NCBI GenBank assembly: GCA_025210375.1
Contig: JAOASB010000016.1
Span: 32,498-96,497, forward strand
Origin: Maledivibacter sp.
GTDB taxonomy: Bacteria > Bacillota > Clostridia > Peptostreptococcales > Caminicellaceae
Direction of reading: 5' to 3'
DNA: 64,000 bases
Both the position numbers and the translations under genes were made by a program. This document shows positions 46,888 through 55,849 of this stretch, piece after piece. Each line of letters starts with the position of its first letter. The stretch's first letter is position 1. The notes under the pieces are model-generated. The model did not search any database and had not been told where the DNA came from. It saw only the letters and a program-made list of their open reading frames with translations.

Positions 46888-48042
46888 CTAGTATGCTTCT
46901 TCATATAGTTTTATAATATCCTCTTTACTAGGTACTCTAGGGTTTCCACCCGTACATGCATCAGCTAATGCAAAATCTGCAAGAACTGCAAAATCTTCTT
47001 TCTTAACATCAAGTTCCTTCAAACCTGATGGGATTCCAACATCCTTTGACAGCTTTTTAATTGCTTCTATAGCAACTTCATTAGCTTCTTCAGTGCTTAA
47101 TCCTTCTATATTTTCACCCATGGCTACTGCAACATCCCTAAGCTTATCATTAGTTGCAGTTGAATTATATTTAACAACATATGGTAACAATACTGCGTTA
47201 CAAACTCCATGGGGCAAATCATAAAATCCACCGAGTTGATGTGCCATAGAATGAACGATTCCAAGGCCTCCATTACTAAATCCCATTCCTGTCACAAATT
47301 GACCATAGGCCATATCTGCCCTAGCATCCATATTTTCACCATTCTCAACGGCGTCTCTAAGACTACCTGATATAACCTTGATAGCTTCAAGATTATACAT
47401 ATCTGTAAAGGAAGTTGCACCGGCGGATATATAACCTTCTATAGCATGGGTTAATGCATCCATACCAGTTGCCGCAGTAAGTGATTTAGGCATTTTTGTC
47501 ATTAAAGCAGGATCATTTACGGCCACTGATGCTATGGAATTAGAATCAACTAAAACCATTTTCACCTTTCTTTCTTCATCGGTTATTACATAATTTATTG
47601 TTGCTTCGCTTGCGGTTCCAGCTGTGGTATTGATTGCTATTATAGGTAGTGCCTTATTATTAGTTTTATTTACACCTTCATAGTTTCTTATATCTCCAGG
47701 GTTTGTTCCTAAAATCGCTATAGCCTTTCCAGTATCCTGTGGTGAACCTCCACCAATACTTATTATAAAATCACAGTTTTCTTCCTTTAAAGCTTTATAT
47801 CCGTCATTTACATTTTGAACCGTTGGATTTTGCTTTGTATCGGAAAAGACTGCATAATCTATATTATTACCATCTAAAACCTCTAGCACCTTAGTAGCAA
47901 TCCCTAGGTCTAATAATACCTTATCAGTAACTACTAATGCCTTTTTGACTCCCATTTTTTCAATTTCCGGTATTATTAATTGTATTGCACCTTCTCCCAT
48001 TAAAACTATACTTGGAAAATAATACGCTTTTGCTCCAGACAT
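46888..48042 (-). CDS. Iron-containing (group III) alcohol dehydrogenase (lactaldehyde reductase / propanediol or butanol dehydrogenase type)
   Basis: The ORF extends to 48099. The ATG at 48042 follows GAGGAGG and gives MSGAKAYYFPS.... Contains GGGSPQDTGKA and the metal-binding histidines region HSMAHQLGG. Confidence 0.88.
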   Translation of the reverse strand: MSGAKAYYFPSIVLMGEGAIQLIIPEIEKMGVKKALVVTDKVLLDLGIATKVLEVLDGNNIDYAVFSDTKQNPTVQNVNDGYKALKEENCDFIISIGGGSPQDTGKAIAILGTNPGDIRNYEGVNKTNNKALPIIAINTTAGTASEATINYVITDEERKVKMVLVDSNSIASVAVNDPALMTKMPKSLTAATGMDALTHAIEGYISAGATSFTDMYNLEAIKVISGSLRDAVENGENMDARADMAYGQFVTGMGFSNGGLGIVHSMAHQLGGFYDLPHGVCNAVLLPYVVKYNSTATNDKLRDVAVAMGENIEGLSTEEANEVAIEAIKKLSKDVGIPSGLKELDVKKEDFAVLADFALADACTGGNPRVPSKEDIIKLYEEAY

Positions 48043-48168
48043 TTTTAATACCTCCTCTAGACAAACAATATTGATATTTAAATTAACTAAAGATGACATT
48101 CACATATGAAATTTTACTCAAGTCCAAAATTGTTCATCCTTAATAATTTTTCTTCACTTATAATATGA

Positions 48169-48183
48169 GCAATTATCATGCCA
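48169..48183 (-). promoter_or_regulatory. Sigma-54 (-24/-12) promoter upstream of the ADH gene
   Basis: The minus strand reads TGGCATGATAATTGC, with the same spacing and nearly the same sequence as the aco promoter. Confidence 0.7.
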
Positions 48184-48205
48184 AGAGAAAAAGGGATTAT
48201 ATCAA

Positions 48206-48281
48206 AAAAAATGTATAATATTTATACATTTTTTAATTGCTATATGTTTAATTTTTAAACACATGATGTTTTTTTAAACAT
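48206..48281. promoter_or_regulatory. Three A/T-rich palindromes with TGT...ACA half-sites upstream of the sigma-54 promoter (candidate activator UAS)
   Basis: ATGTATAA-tat-TTATACAT (48211..48229), TGTTTAA-ttt-TTAAACA (48245..48261) and ATGTTT-tttt-AAACAT (48266..48281). Confidence 0.35.
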
Positions 48282-48301
48282 TGATAAAATTTGGTCAATC
48301 C

Positions 48302-48413
48302 AATAAATTGCAGGACTAATTTCTATAAAAACCCTCTACCCCATGTGGTTTTAAAATTCCAGAAACTATAACCTCAAGTAGGCTTAGCTAAGTAAGGGTT
48401 ATGCAATTTCCTC
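48302..48413. repeat. Family-3 repeat, medium derivative (about 112 bp), abutting the stop codon of the sigma-54 activator gene
   Basis: aataaattgcaggactaatttctataaaaaccc...gctaagtaagggttatgcaatttcctc. Confidence 0.75.
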
Positions 48414-50373
48414 AAATATTATTTCCTTCAGATTTTATGCTTTGAATATTAATTTGATGACCCTTGATTTTATTATAAAGTGTGGTTCTATTTATCCCAA
48501 GGAATTTTGCCGTTTTTGTATAATTATAATTATTAGTCCTTAAGGTTTGCTCTATGGCCATTTTTTCTAATTGTTTCAATGGACATTCCGGTAATCTATA
48601 TACTTCACCAGAGGTATTTAATTCATTGGAACTACCCATCCTTTTTATTTCATGATTCTCATTTTCTTCGATTAAGTTGAAATTCAGCTTTCCATTAAAA
48701 TTAACTATATTTTCTATAACGTTTTCTAATTCCCTTACGTTACCAGGCCAATGGTAGTTGTGTAGCCTATGAATTATATTAAAGGGCAATGGAGGGATAT
48801 TTTTTCCTAACAATTGTGATTTACTCCTTAAGAAATGATTAATCAATAATTCCAAATCAATATCACGTTCCCTTAGTGGCGGTAAATCCACTGGAATCAC
48901 ATTAATTCTATAGAAAAGGTCCTCCCTAAAGTAGCCTTTTTTTACTTCCGCCTTTAAATTTTTATTTGTGGCTGCAATAATCCTTACATCAATGGGGATT
49001 GGTTTATTATCCCCTAACCTCATGATTTGATGCTCTTGTAATGCTCTCAGAAGGTTTACTTGCATATGAAGGGGCATTTCTCCAATCTCATCTAGGAACA
49101 ATGTTCCTTTATCTGCTAAAGCAAATTTCCCTAAATATCCACCCTTCCTCGCACCTGTAAATGCGCCTTCAACGTATCCAAATAATTCACTTTCTATCAA
49201 GTCCTTTGGAATAGCTCCACAATTTATAGCAATAAAGGGTTTATTTCTACGATCGCTATAGTTATGAATAGCCTGTGCAAATAGTTCCTTACCAGTACCA
49301 CTCTCTCCTTGTATTAATACAGTTGAAGGACTATTAGCTATACTTTTACAGTATTCCTTTATGCGGATGATGGTTTCACTCTCACCTATGATTTGATTGA
49401 AATTATATTTTGCTGTTGTTAGAGTATATTTATCTACAAGCTTCATGACACTTTTAATATCCCTTAAAAGTAATACGGAACCCGTTATTCTTTGATCTTC
49501 CCCGATTATATGATGGCTGTCTATGAGTACCCTTTTATGGTTGCCTTTTACAACTGCTTCCCAATTATTAAATTTATGTTGATTTATGTAACTCAATATA
49601 TCTCTATCTTTAGTAAAAAAGCTTGATAGATATTGATTAAGGCTGTTTTTTTCATCTATATCAAGCATACTACATGCCCTATCATTTATTAAAAGAATTT
49701 TTCCCATCTCATCCAGTGCAATAATACCTGTATTAATGGAATTCATTATTGTCTCCGCGTACTGGTAGGATTTAATAAGCTCTTTTTGGATTCTTTTATT
49801 TTTGAGTTCATGTTCTATGGAATCAGCGGCTGCAACAACCAATCCTAATGTATGCTTATTAACCTTTTCCTTCCATCCGTTTAAGTTGATACAACCAAGT
49901 ATATTACCATATTTATCATGTATGGGGGCTCCAGAACAGGTAAAGCTTTTGAACATTGTTAAATAGTGATATTCTCCCCTAAGCTGTATGGCACAATTTT
50001 CTTCTAAGGCTAGGGAGATGGCATTAGTTCCTGTGCTTGCAAGGCCCATATCCGTTCCTACCTTCATCCCTATTTGATTAGAAAAATTGATTATGTCTTT
50101 GTCTCCAATAATACTAAGAATAATCCCATTCCTATCAATCAACTCTAAAATAAATCCGGTTTTCTCAACATAATTATACAATTTTTCCAGATATGGTTTT
50201 GCTTCATTTAATAGAACTTTATTATCCTCAAGTATACTGTTCATCTCGGTGCCCGTATATTTCTGACCAAGAAATTTAGCTTGTCTGTCAACACCCAGTT
50301 CCCCAGATCTACGATGATATTTCTCCACAATTTCTAGAATATTAAATTGATTATCATATCCAAAATATTTCAT
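48412..50373 (-). CDS. Sigma-54-dependent transcriptional activator, AcoR-like paralog
   Basis: The ORF extends to 50397. The ATG at 50373 follows AAGGGG and gives MKYFGYDNQ.... Contains GESGTGKE, EGAFTGARK and the C-terminal HTH YTKTAKFLGINRTTLYNKIK. Confidence 0.9.
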   Translation of the reverse strand: MKYFGYDNQFNILEIVEKYHRRSGELGVDRQAKFLGQKYTGTEMNSILEDNKVLLNEAKPYLEKLYNYVEKTGFILELIDRNGIILSIIGDKDIINFSNQIGMKVGTDMGLASTGTNAISLALEENCAIQLRGEYHYLTMFKSFTCSGAPIHDKYGNILGCINLNGWKEKVNKHTLGLVVAAADSIEHELKNKRIQKELIKSYQYAETIMNSINTGIIALDEMGKILLINDRACSMLDIDEKNSLNQYLSSFFTKDRDILSYINQHKFNNWEAVVKGNHKRVLIDSHHIIGEDQRITGSVLLLRDIKSVMKLVDKYTLTTAKYNFNQIIGESETIIRIKEYCKSIANSPSTVLIQGESGTGKELFAQAIHNYSDRRNKPFIAINCGAIPKDLIESELFGYVEGAFTGARKGGYLGKFALADKGTLFLDEIGEMPLHMQVNLLRALQEHQIMRLGDNKPIPIDVRIIAATNKNLKAEVKKGYFREDLFYRINVIPVDLPPLRERDIDLELLINHFLRSKSQLLGKNIPPLPFNIIHRLHNYHWPGNVRELENVIENIVNFNGKLNFNLIEENENHEIKRMGSSNELNTSGEVYRLPECPLKQLEKMAIEQTLRTNNYNYTKTAKFLGINRTTLYNKIKGHQINIQSIKSEGNNI

Positions 50374-50407
50374 ATTTACCCCTTTTCTCCCTGGCACATA
50401 ATGCTTA

Positions 50408-50513
50408 CTATAGAGAGTTCAAAGTGAATCTTAATTTATACATATCAAAATATCCCATGTTTCTGGGGAGTTTTGATATGTATAGATTAGAAACCTTACT
50501 TAAATACCTCTAG
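50408..50513. repeat. Family-2 palindromic repeat, full-length copy (about 106 bp)
   Basis: ctatagagagttcaaagtgaatcttaatttatacatatcaaaatatcccatgtttctggggagttttgatatgtatagattagaaacc...ctctag. Confidence 0.8.
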
Positions 50514-50595
50514 TTATTATTCAATATAAATATAACATATTAAATTTAGCAAATAAACCATTAGGATAATATATTGGAGAATTTTTTAACAAATA

Positions 50596-51216
50596 TCATT
50601 GAACACCTAGTATTTTACGCCATCCTGCATTAAAGAAATCAACCAAGGTTGTCACCTCTTCTAATGTATCTTCAAGTCTATAGTTATGTAAAACACATTG
50701 AAATATGGATTCTAAATAATAGTGGGAAAGTATATGAATCGAACGCTCCCCTGGGATCTCCAATTCAACTCCAAGTTCTTTGAGTTCATGGAAAAACCCA
50801 AGGGTTCGTCTAACCTCTAAGTCCACTAAGTCCTCTACAATATTACTATATGATGTTCCTCCAGAACATAATAGCAGCAGCTTAAAGCTCTCAAAGTTAT
50901 CATAAATATAATTAATAAGGGTAATTATTGAGTCATTATCTATCTCAATACACTCCAATATGCTGTCCTTTGTAATATCCTTGTGACAAGCCTCATTGGA
51001 AGCATCATACATTTCCATTAATCCATCCACACAGGGTGCTACTAAAGCTTTGAACAAATCCTCCTTACTATCAAAATGCCTATAGAAGGCCCCGTTTGTC
51101 ACGTCCGCACCTCTACATATTTCCCTAAGATTAGTCCCTTGATATCCCTTTTTCAAAAAAAACTTTTTAGCACTTTGCAATATTTTTTCGTGGGTAGCTC
51201 CATAATCATATCCCAT
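50596..51216 (-). CDS. TetR/AcrR-family transcriptional regulator
   Basis: 206 aa. N-terminal HTH is KGYQGTNLREICRGADVTNGAFYRHFDSKEDLF. Confidence 0.88.
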   Translation of the reverse strand: MGYDYGATHEKILQSAKKFFLKKGYQGTNLREICRGADVTNGAFYRHFDSKEDLFKALVAPCVDGLMEMYDASNEACHKDITKDSILECIEIDNDSIITLINYIYDNFESFKLLLLCSGGTSYSNIVEDLVDLEVRRTLGFFHELKELGVELEIPGERSIHILSHYYLESIFQCVLHNYRLEDTLEEVTTLVDFFNAGWRKILGVQ

Positions 51217-51240
51217 ATTGTAATTTGAACCTCGCTTTCA

Positions 51241-51266
51241 ATTACTAAGTAATATTATTTAGTAAT
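51241..51266. promoter_or_regulatory. Palindrome ATTACTAAgtaatattatTTAGTAAT upstream of the TetR gene (candidate operator)
   Basis: 8-bp perfect arms. It shares the ATTACTAAGTAA motif with the palindrome at 52061..52096. Confidence 0.45.
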
Positions 51267-51321
51267 GCTACCCTATAAAATTCCTATTGTCAACATTAAA
51301 TGAAGGATGGACATATGCATT

Positions 51322-51972
51322 TTACACTTTCCTTATTACATGAAAATCACATATCTCATATCCATCTGCAATTGTTTTTGTTCTTTCAAGTTTACCTCCC
51401 ATCAAATCAATTGTTATATAGTCAATTTTGCATATGTATTTAACTAGATGGAAACAATCTTCTTTTTTTGCTAACTCGCATATTCCACATTTTGTATAGG
51501 TAGTAAAATATTCATCTACCTTGGCTTCATGGGTGAATTTCCAATCCATACTATAATCAGATTTTTGAGAACGTATTGCTTCAGATGTTTTACTCCTATG
51601 GGATTTTTCAGAAAAAGGATCTTTTTTTGAAAAAATCTTTTTTAATATGGGTGCGTTCCCAGCGCTCTTGGCAACATTTGCAAATATTTCTTCCTTCATT
51701 TTTCTATCCGTTGCCAAATAAATGGCGAACATCAAGCACCCCATCACAAGTCCACCTGTCAAAGAATTCTCCTTTGAACCACCAATGCCTGGAGTTCTTT
51801 CTAGCATTTCACGGTAAATTCTTTTTGTTTTTCTCTTTATTAACTTTGTATCCTTTTTACCATATACCGTTTCAAGATATTTAAATATGGGCCTTTGGTA
51901 CATCAAACAAACAATTCTTGCCAGTGTATCATACTTCATACATTTTTCATTTTCCATTAATTTATCTGTCAT
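51322..51972 (-). CDS. Cys-rich protein resembling the L-2-amino-thiazoline-4-carboxylic acid hydrolase (ATC hydrolase) family
   Basis: 216 aa. The C-terminal YTKCGICELAKKEDCFHLVKYICKIDY...CDFHV pattern was recalled from that family. AAGGAGGGG RBS. Confidence 0.45.
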   Translation of the reverse strand: MTDKLMENEKCMKYDTLARIVCLMYQRPIFKYLETVYGKKDTKLIKRKTKRIYREMLERTPGIGGSKENSLTGGLVMGCLMFAIYLATDRKMKEEIFANVAKSAGNAPILKKIFSKKDPFSEKSHRSKTSEAIRSQKSDYSMDWKFTHEAKVDEYFTTYTKCGICELAKKEDCFHLVKYICKIDYITIDLMGGKLERTKTIADGYEICDFHVIRKV

Positions 51973-52060
51973 TTGATACCCCTCCTTTATAGAAATATTA
52001 TTTTATTAGCTTCCATAATTTTGTCATTACGTCATAATCATAGCTTATATTCAAACTCAG

Positions 52061-52096
52061 ATATGATTACTAAGTAAGCTTACATAGTAATCATAT
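52061..52096. promoter_or_regulatory. Perfect 12-bp-arm palindrome ATATGATTACTA-N12-TAGTAATCATAT upstream of the two-gene TetR unit (candidate operator)
   Basis: Read directly. It lies about 90 bp upstream of the 51972 start. Confidence 0.5.
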
Positions 52097-52335
52097 GCTA
52101 AAAAGTTGTCATTGTCAATATTTGGGCTTTTTATTCTAAGAAGATTTACATTGTTCTATATTTTCTATTGTGGAGAGTTTAACACCCCTCTTAATCTATA
52201 CACCCTTCCCATGCTTTTTACTTTTTCCTTAATTTTTTCTTAAAACGACTATATTTCTACAAATTTTGACAAAAATTTAAATCAATATATTTTATACTAC
52301 ATATAGCAAAATCAGTATCAAAGAAAGGGGATTAT

Positions 52336-53184
52336 ATGAAAAGATTTACTTATGTATATTTGGGCTTTTTTTTAGTTTTACTTTTAATGTTGTTTTCAGG
52401 ATTAACAGGGGAGAGTATTTTTCAAACTGATGAAGAAATAACAGATTCATCCAAAGTAGAGTTGGCTAAAAGTATTTCTATTTTGAGTTATCATCATCTT
52501 TTAAAGAATGAAGAAAACCCTTTTCCTAACAATGACTCTGTCTTGTCTGTGGAAAATTTCCAAGAACAAATGAAATATTTGCACGATAAGAACTTTAATG
52601 CTATTACACTTGATGAGTTGGAGAAATTCTTAAGGGGCGAAATAAAGCTTCCTAAAAATAGTATTGTAATAACCTTTGACGATGGATATAAAAGTAACTA
52701 TATATATGCCTATCCGGTTTTAAAGGAATATGGCTTTAAAGCTTCAATTTTTATGATTACTAAATTAATTACCAATGAACCTACTAAGTTTGATCCAAAA
52801 ACCCTACAATATTTATCTTGGAAAGAAATGAAGGAAGCCAAAGATGTATTTGAATATGCTAGTCACACCAATGACTTACATAGGCTAGATGCTAAAAATA
52901 AAAGTTTTTTAGTTGTACAACCTAAGGATGTGGTTTATGCTGATCTTAAAAAAACACAAGAGCTATTGGAAACAACCTATTTAGCTTATCCCTACGGACA
53001 ATACACTAAGAATACAATGTCCATACTGAATGACTTAAACTTCAAAATGGCTTTCACAACAAAATCTGGAACTGTAAAACCAGGGAATGATATGCTAAAG
53101 TTAAAAAGATATGTCATATCACCTAATACATCTTTAAATAAATTCAAGAAAATAGTAGATAGAAGATTTTCTTTTTTCAACTGA
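52336..53184 (+). CDS. Polysaccharide deacetylase (CE4, NodB homology domain) with N-terminal membrane anchor or signal
   Basis: 282 aa with VITFDDGYKSNY and a downstream His-containing region. Confidence 0.85.
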   Translation: MKRFTYVYLGFFLVLLLMLFSGLTGESIFQTDEEITDSSKVELAKSISILSYHHLLKNEENPFPNNDSVLSVENFQEQMKYLHDKNFNAITLDELEKFLRGEIKLPKNSIVITFDDGYKSNYIYAYPVLKEYGFKASIFMITKLITNEPTKFDPKTLQYLSWKEMKEAKDVFEYASHTNDLHRLDAKNKSFLVVQPKDVVYADLKKTQELLETTYLAYPYGQYTKNTMSILNDLNFKMAFTTKSGTVKPGNDMLKLKRYVISPNTSLNKFKKIVDRRFSFFN

Positions 53185-53264
53185 GCAAATTGAATAATTA
53201 CCTTCTACAAAAGCTATATACCATATATAGTTTAAGCATCCCCAAAGCTACAACCTATACTTAT
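53183..53264. repeat. Family-3 repeat, left-half fragment (about 80 bp), starting within the CE4 stop codon
   Basis: gagcaaattgaataattaccttctacaaaagctatataccatatatagtttaagcatccccaaagctacaacctatacttat aligns with the left half of 42340..42498. Confidence 0.65.
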
Positions 53265-53266
53265 GA

Positions 53267-54646
53267 TCATTTTTCTATTTTTAATTCATAAACATAGGCA
53301 TGTAAATGCTTAAATGTATTTGGACTAATGACTGGTGGTTCTATTGTAACAGTATTTATATTTTGATGATATTTAATATCACCATCATAGCCAAGCAAAC
53401 TTATATTATGTACTTTAATATCGTCATTGAGACAAATCTTTATGTCATCATCAAACCATTTTGTACAAATTACATAATTGTACATATCAGTTTGAGTAAC
53501 AAAAATTTCTTCATCATTTGATTGTACTCTGTTAGATGGTAGGGTTTCATAGATGGCTTTCCCGTTTATATTAAGCCAATCACCAATATCCTTTAACCGT
53601 TGTTGCTGTATAACAGGAATTCTACCATCGGCTGTGGGCCCTACATTTAATAATAAATTCCCACCCTTTGAAACAATTTCAATTAATTCATGTATTAACT
53701 GGGCAGATGTATTATAATCCCATAAATTCTCCGCTCTGTTAAAACCATAGGATTTACCTATGCCCCTACTTTCTTCCCAGGGATGTCTAAAACCATATCC
53801 TTCAACATCCCTATACTCTGTACTATAATAGTCACCATGTCTGCCGGGCATTCCATCATAAAATCTATCATTAATAACTACTTCATCCTTATTTGGAGCT
53901 TCATTGTATAGCCAAGCTAAAAACTCCTTTACCCTACTTCTTTCTTCACTAAAATCCCATTCTCCACCATCCGTAAAAATCAAAGCAGGTTCATATGTAT
54001 TCACCAATTCCTTTAATTGTGGTATCAATATTTCATCCACATATCTATCTTCATCAATTCCATATAGCTCTACATCTCTCTTTGGTATAAAATATCCACC
54101 CTTAGGTCTATGACTCCAATTTGTTTCCCAATCGATAATTGAGTAATATACTCCCATCCTCAGTCCTACCCTTCTAACGGCATCAGTCAAATTCCCTAAT
54201 AGATCACGATTTGGGCCAACATCAGTTACTCTCCAATTCTTTTTGTGTTTATTTGTAGTTGGCCACATGCAATAGCCTTCGTGATGCTTAGAGGTTAATA
54301 CGACATATCTAGCCCCTGCTTCTTTAAAAAGCCTTGCCCATAATTCTGCATTGAAAAGTTCAGCCCCAAAGTCCTTTGCAAAATCTCTGTATTTGAAATC
54401 ATTTCCATACATTTTCCCATGAAAATCCTCATCATTGTTTTTATAGTCGCCATATACGCTTGCATAATACCATTCCCCATAGGAGCCAAATCTCTCATCA
54501 CTGATCCTTCTCCAGGCGGGTACGGAATACACTCCCCAGTGTATAAATATACCAAATTTTGCATTTGAGAACCATTCCGGTGTTTTTCTACTGTCCAAGG
54601 AAAACCAATCTGGTTGATATTTAGCGGTGTTAGCCATGATTTTCAT
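53267..54646 (-). CDS. Alpha-L-fucosidase (GH29)
   Basis: 459 aa with PEWFSNAKFGIFIHWGVYSVPAW and the later HHEGYCMWPT motif. Confidence 0.9.
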   Translation of the reverse strand: MKIMANTAKYQPDWFSLDSRKTPEWFSNAKFGIFIHWGVYSVPAWRRISDERFGSYGEWYYASVYGDYKNNDEDFHGKMYGNDFKYRDFAKDFGAELFNAELWARLFKEAGARYVVLTSKHHEGYCMWPTTNKHKKNWRVTDVGPNRDLLGNLTDAVRRVGLRMGVYYSIIDWETNWSHRPKGGYFIPKRDVELYGIDEDRYVDEILIPQLKELVNTYEPALIFTDGGEWDFSEERSRVKEFLAWLYNEAPNKDEVVINDRFYDGMPGRHGDYYSTEYRDVEGYGFRHPWEESRGIGKSYGFNRAENLWDYNTSAQLIHELIEIVSKGGNLLLNVGPTADGRIPVIQQQRLKDIGDWLNINGKAIYETLPSNRVQSNDEEIFVTQTDMYNYVICTKWFDDDIKICLNDDIKVHNISLLGYDGDIKYHQNINTVTIEPPVISPNTFKHLHAYVYELKIEK

Positions 54647-54734
54647 CCCTTTCTCAAAATGTTTTCATATGTATAGGCCATTACCATTATATAATCATAT
54701 TCATCGTAGAAGAATGACAAAAGCAGCATCTGAA

Positions 54735-55703
54735 TTATTGTTTATTTTCTTTCATAAATTCTGCCCCTTTTTTCAGAGCATCTTTTGCTTCTTCTAATAT
54801 TTTAGAATAATGTAGAAAGGAATGTAATAAACCTTTATACACATCACATTTACATTTAATCCCATTTTCTGTTAAAATCTTTTCTAAGGCCAAACTATCA
54901 TCTAATAAAGGATCTAAATCACCTACACAAATATAAGTTGAAGGAATGCCATAGGTTAAATCTGCTGATAAACAATCAAGATAAGGATTGTCCTTATCCC
55001 CTTCATTTTTAACATAGCAATTACAATAATAATTAATATCTTTTCTTGTTAAGCCATCCCATGGACCACCAAAAAGTCTCATGGACATAGAATCCTTCAA
55101 GCCAAAACCTCCATAATAAAGAATTAATGATGTGATATAAGAAATATCTTCTTTTTTATTTCTTAAAAATAAAGTCGTCGCTAAAGAAAGACTCGCACCC
55201 CCGGAATCACCGGCTAATGATATATTATTTCCGTCAATGCCATGGTTCTCTCCATAATTATGTAAGTATTCAACTAATGCCACACATTCTTCTAATGCAA
55301 CGGGAAATTTATTTTCTGGGGAAAGTCTATAGTCAATTCCAATTACCGCAACATCTGCATAATTTGAAAGGGTACGCATAATTCGATCGTGGGTATCCAT
55401 ATTGCCTACTACAAATCCTCCTCCATGAATGAAAACACAACAGCTATTTATGCTTTTTTTATTTGGATAATATATGCGTATTGGTATATCTCCATGGGGC
55501 CCATTTATGGTCATATTTCTTATATTTTCTACACTAGGGCCTCCTTCATTCCAATATTTTCTTTCTATCACATATGCTTCTCTTAACTCATCAAAATCAT
55601 CACCTGTCACAAAGGCATCCTTTGCTCTTTCATCCTGTATCCTTAAAACTTCTTTCATTTGTTTTGTCATCCTTGAAAATACATTCAGCTTATTTTTTTG
55701 CAC
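54735..55703 (-). CDS. Alpha/beta hydrolase, hormone-sensitive-lipase-like esterase
   Basis: 322 aa with the oxyanion HGGGF and the nucleophile elbow GDSGG. GTG start with a GAGGGGGG RBS. Confidence 0.85.
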   Translation of the reverse strand: MQKNKLNVFSRMTKQMKEVLRIQDERAKDAFVTGDDFDELREAYVIERKYWNEGGPSVENIRNMTINGPHGDIPIRIYYPNKKSINSCCVFIHGGGFVVGNMDTHDRIMRTLSNYADVAVIGIDYRLSPENKFPVALEECVALVEYLHNYGENHGIDGNNISLAGDSGGASLSLATTLFLRNKKEDISYITSLILYYGGFGLKDSMSMRLFGGPWDGLTRKDINYYCNCYVKNEGDKDNPYLDCLSADLTYGIPSTYICVGDLDPLLDDSLALEKILTENGIKCKCDVYKGLLHSFLHYSKILEEAKDALKKGAEFMKENKQ

Positions 55704-55849
55704 ATAGTTCCCCCCTCGTCTTTAAAAATATCAAGTCACTTATTTATACCATCCATGATTAATTTTACATTCCACCATAAAAATGCTAATAGCAAAAATA
55801 TTGAAGAAGTCTCTAAAATACTAGTAGATAAACTTGTTTGATATGGCAT

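Noticed and set aside
54295-54564. Same-strand alternative-frame ORFs inside GH29 (54295..54564) and inside the BCCT transporter (56100..56444)
   Set aside because: They are nested out of frame within long, motif-supported genes. There is no independent evidence for overlapping genes.
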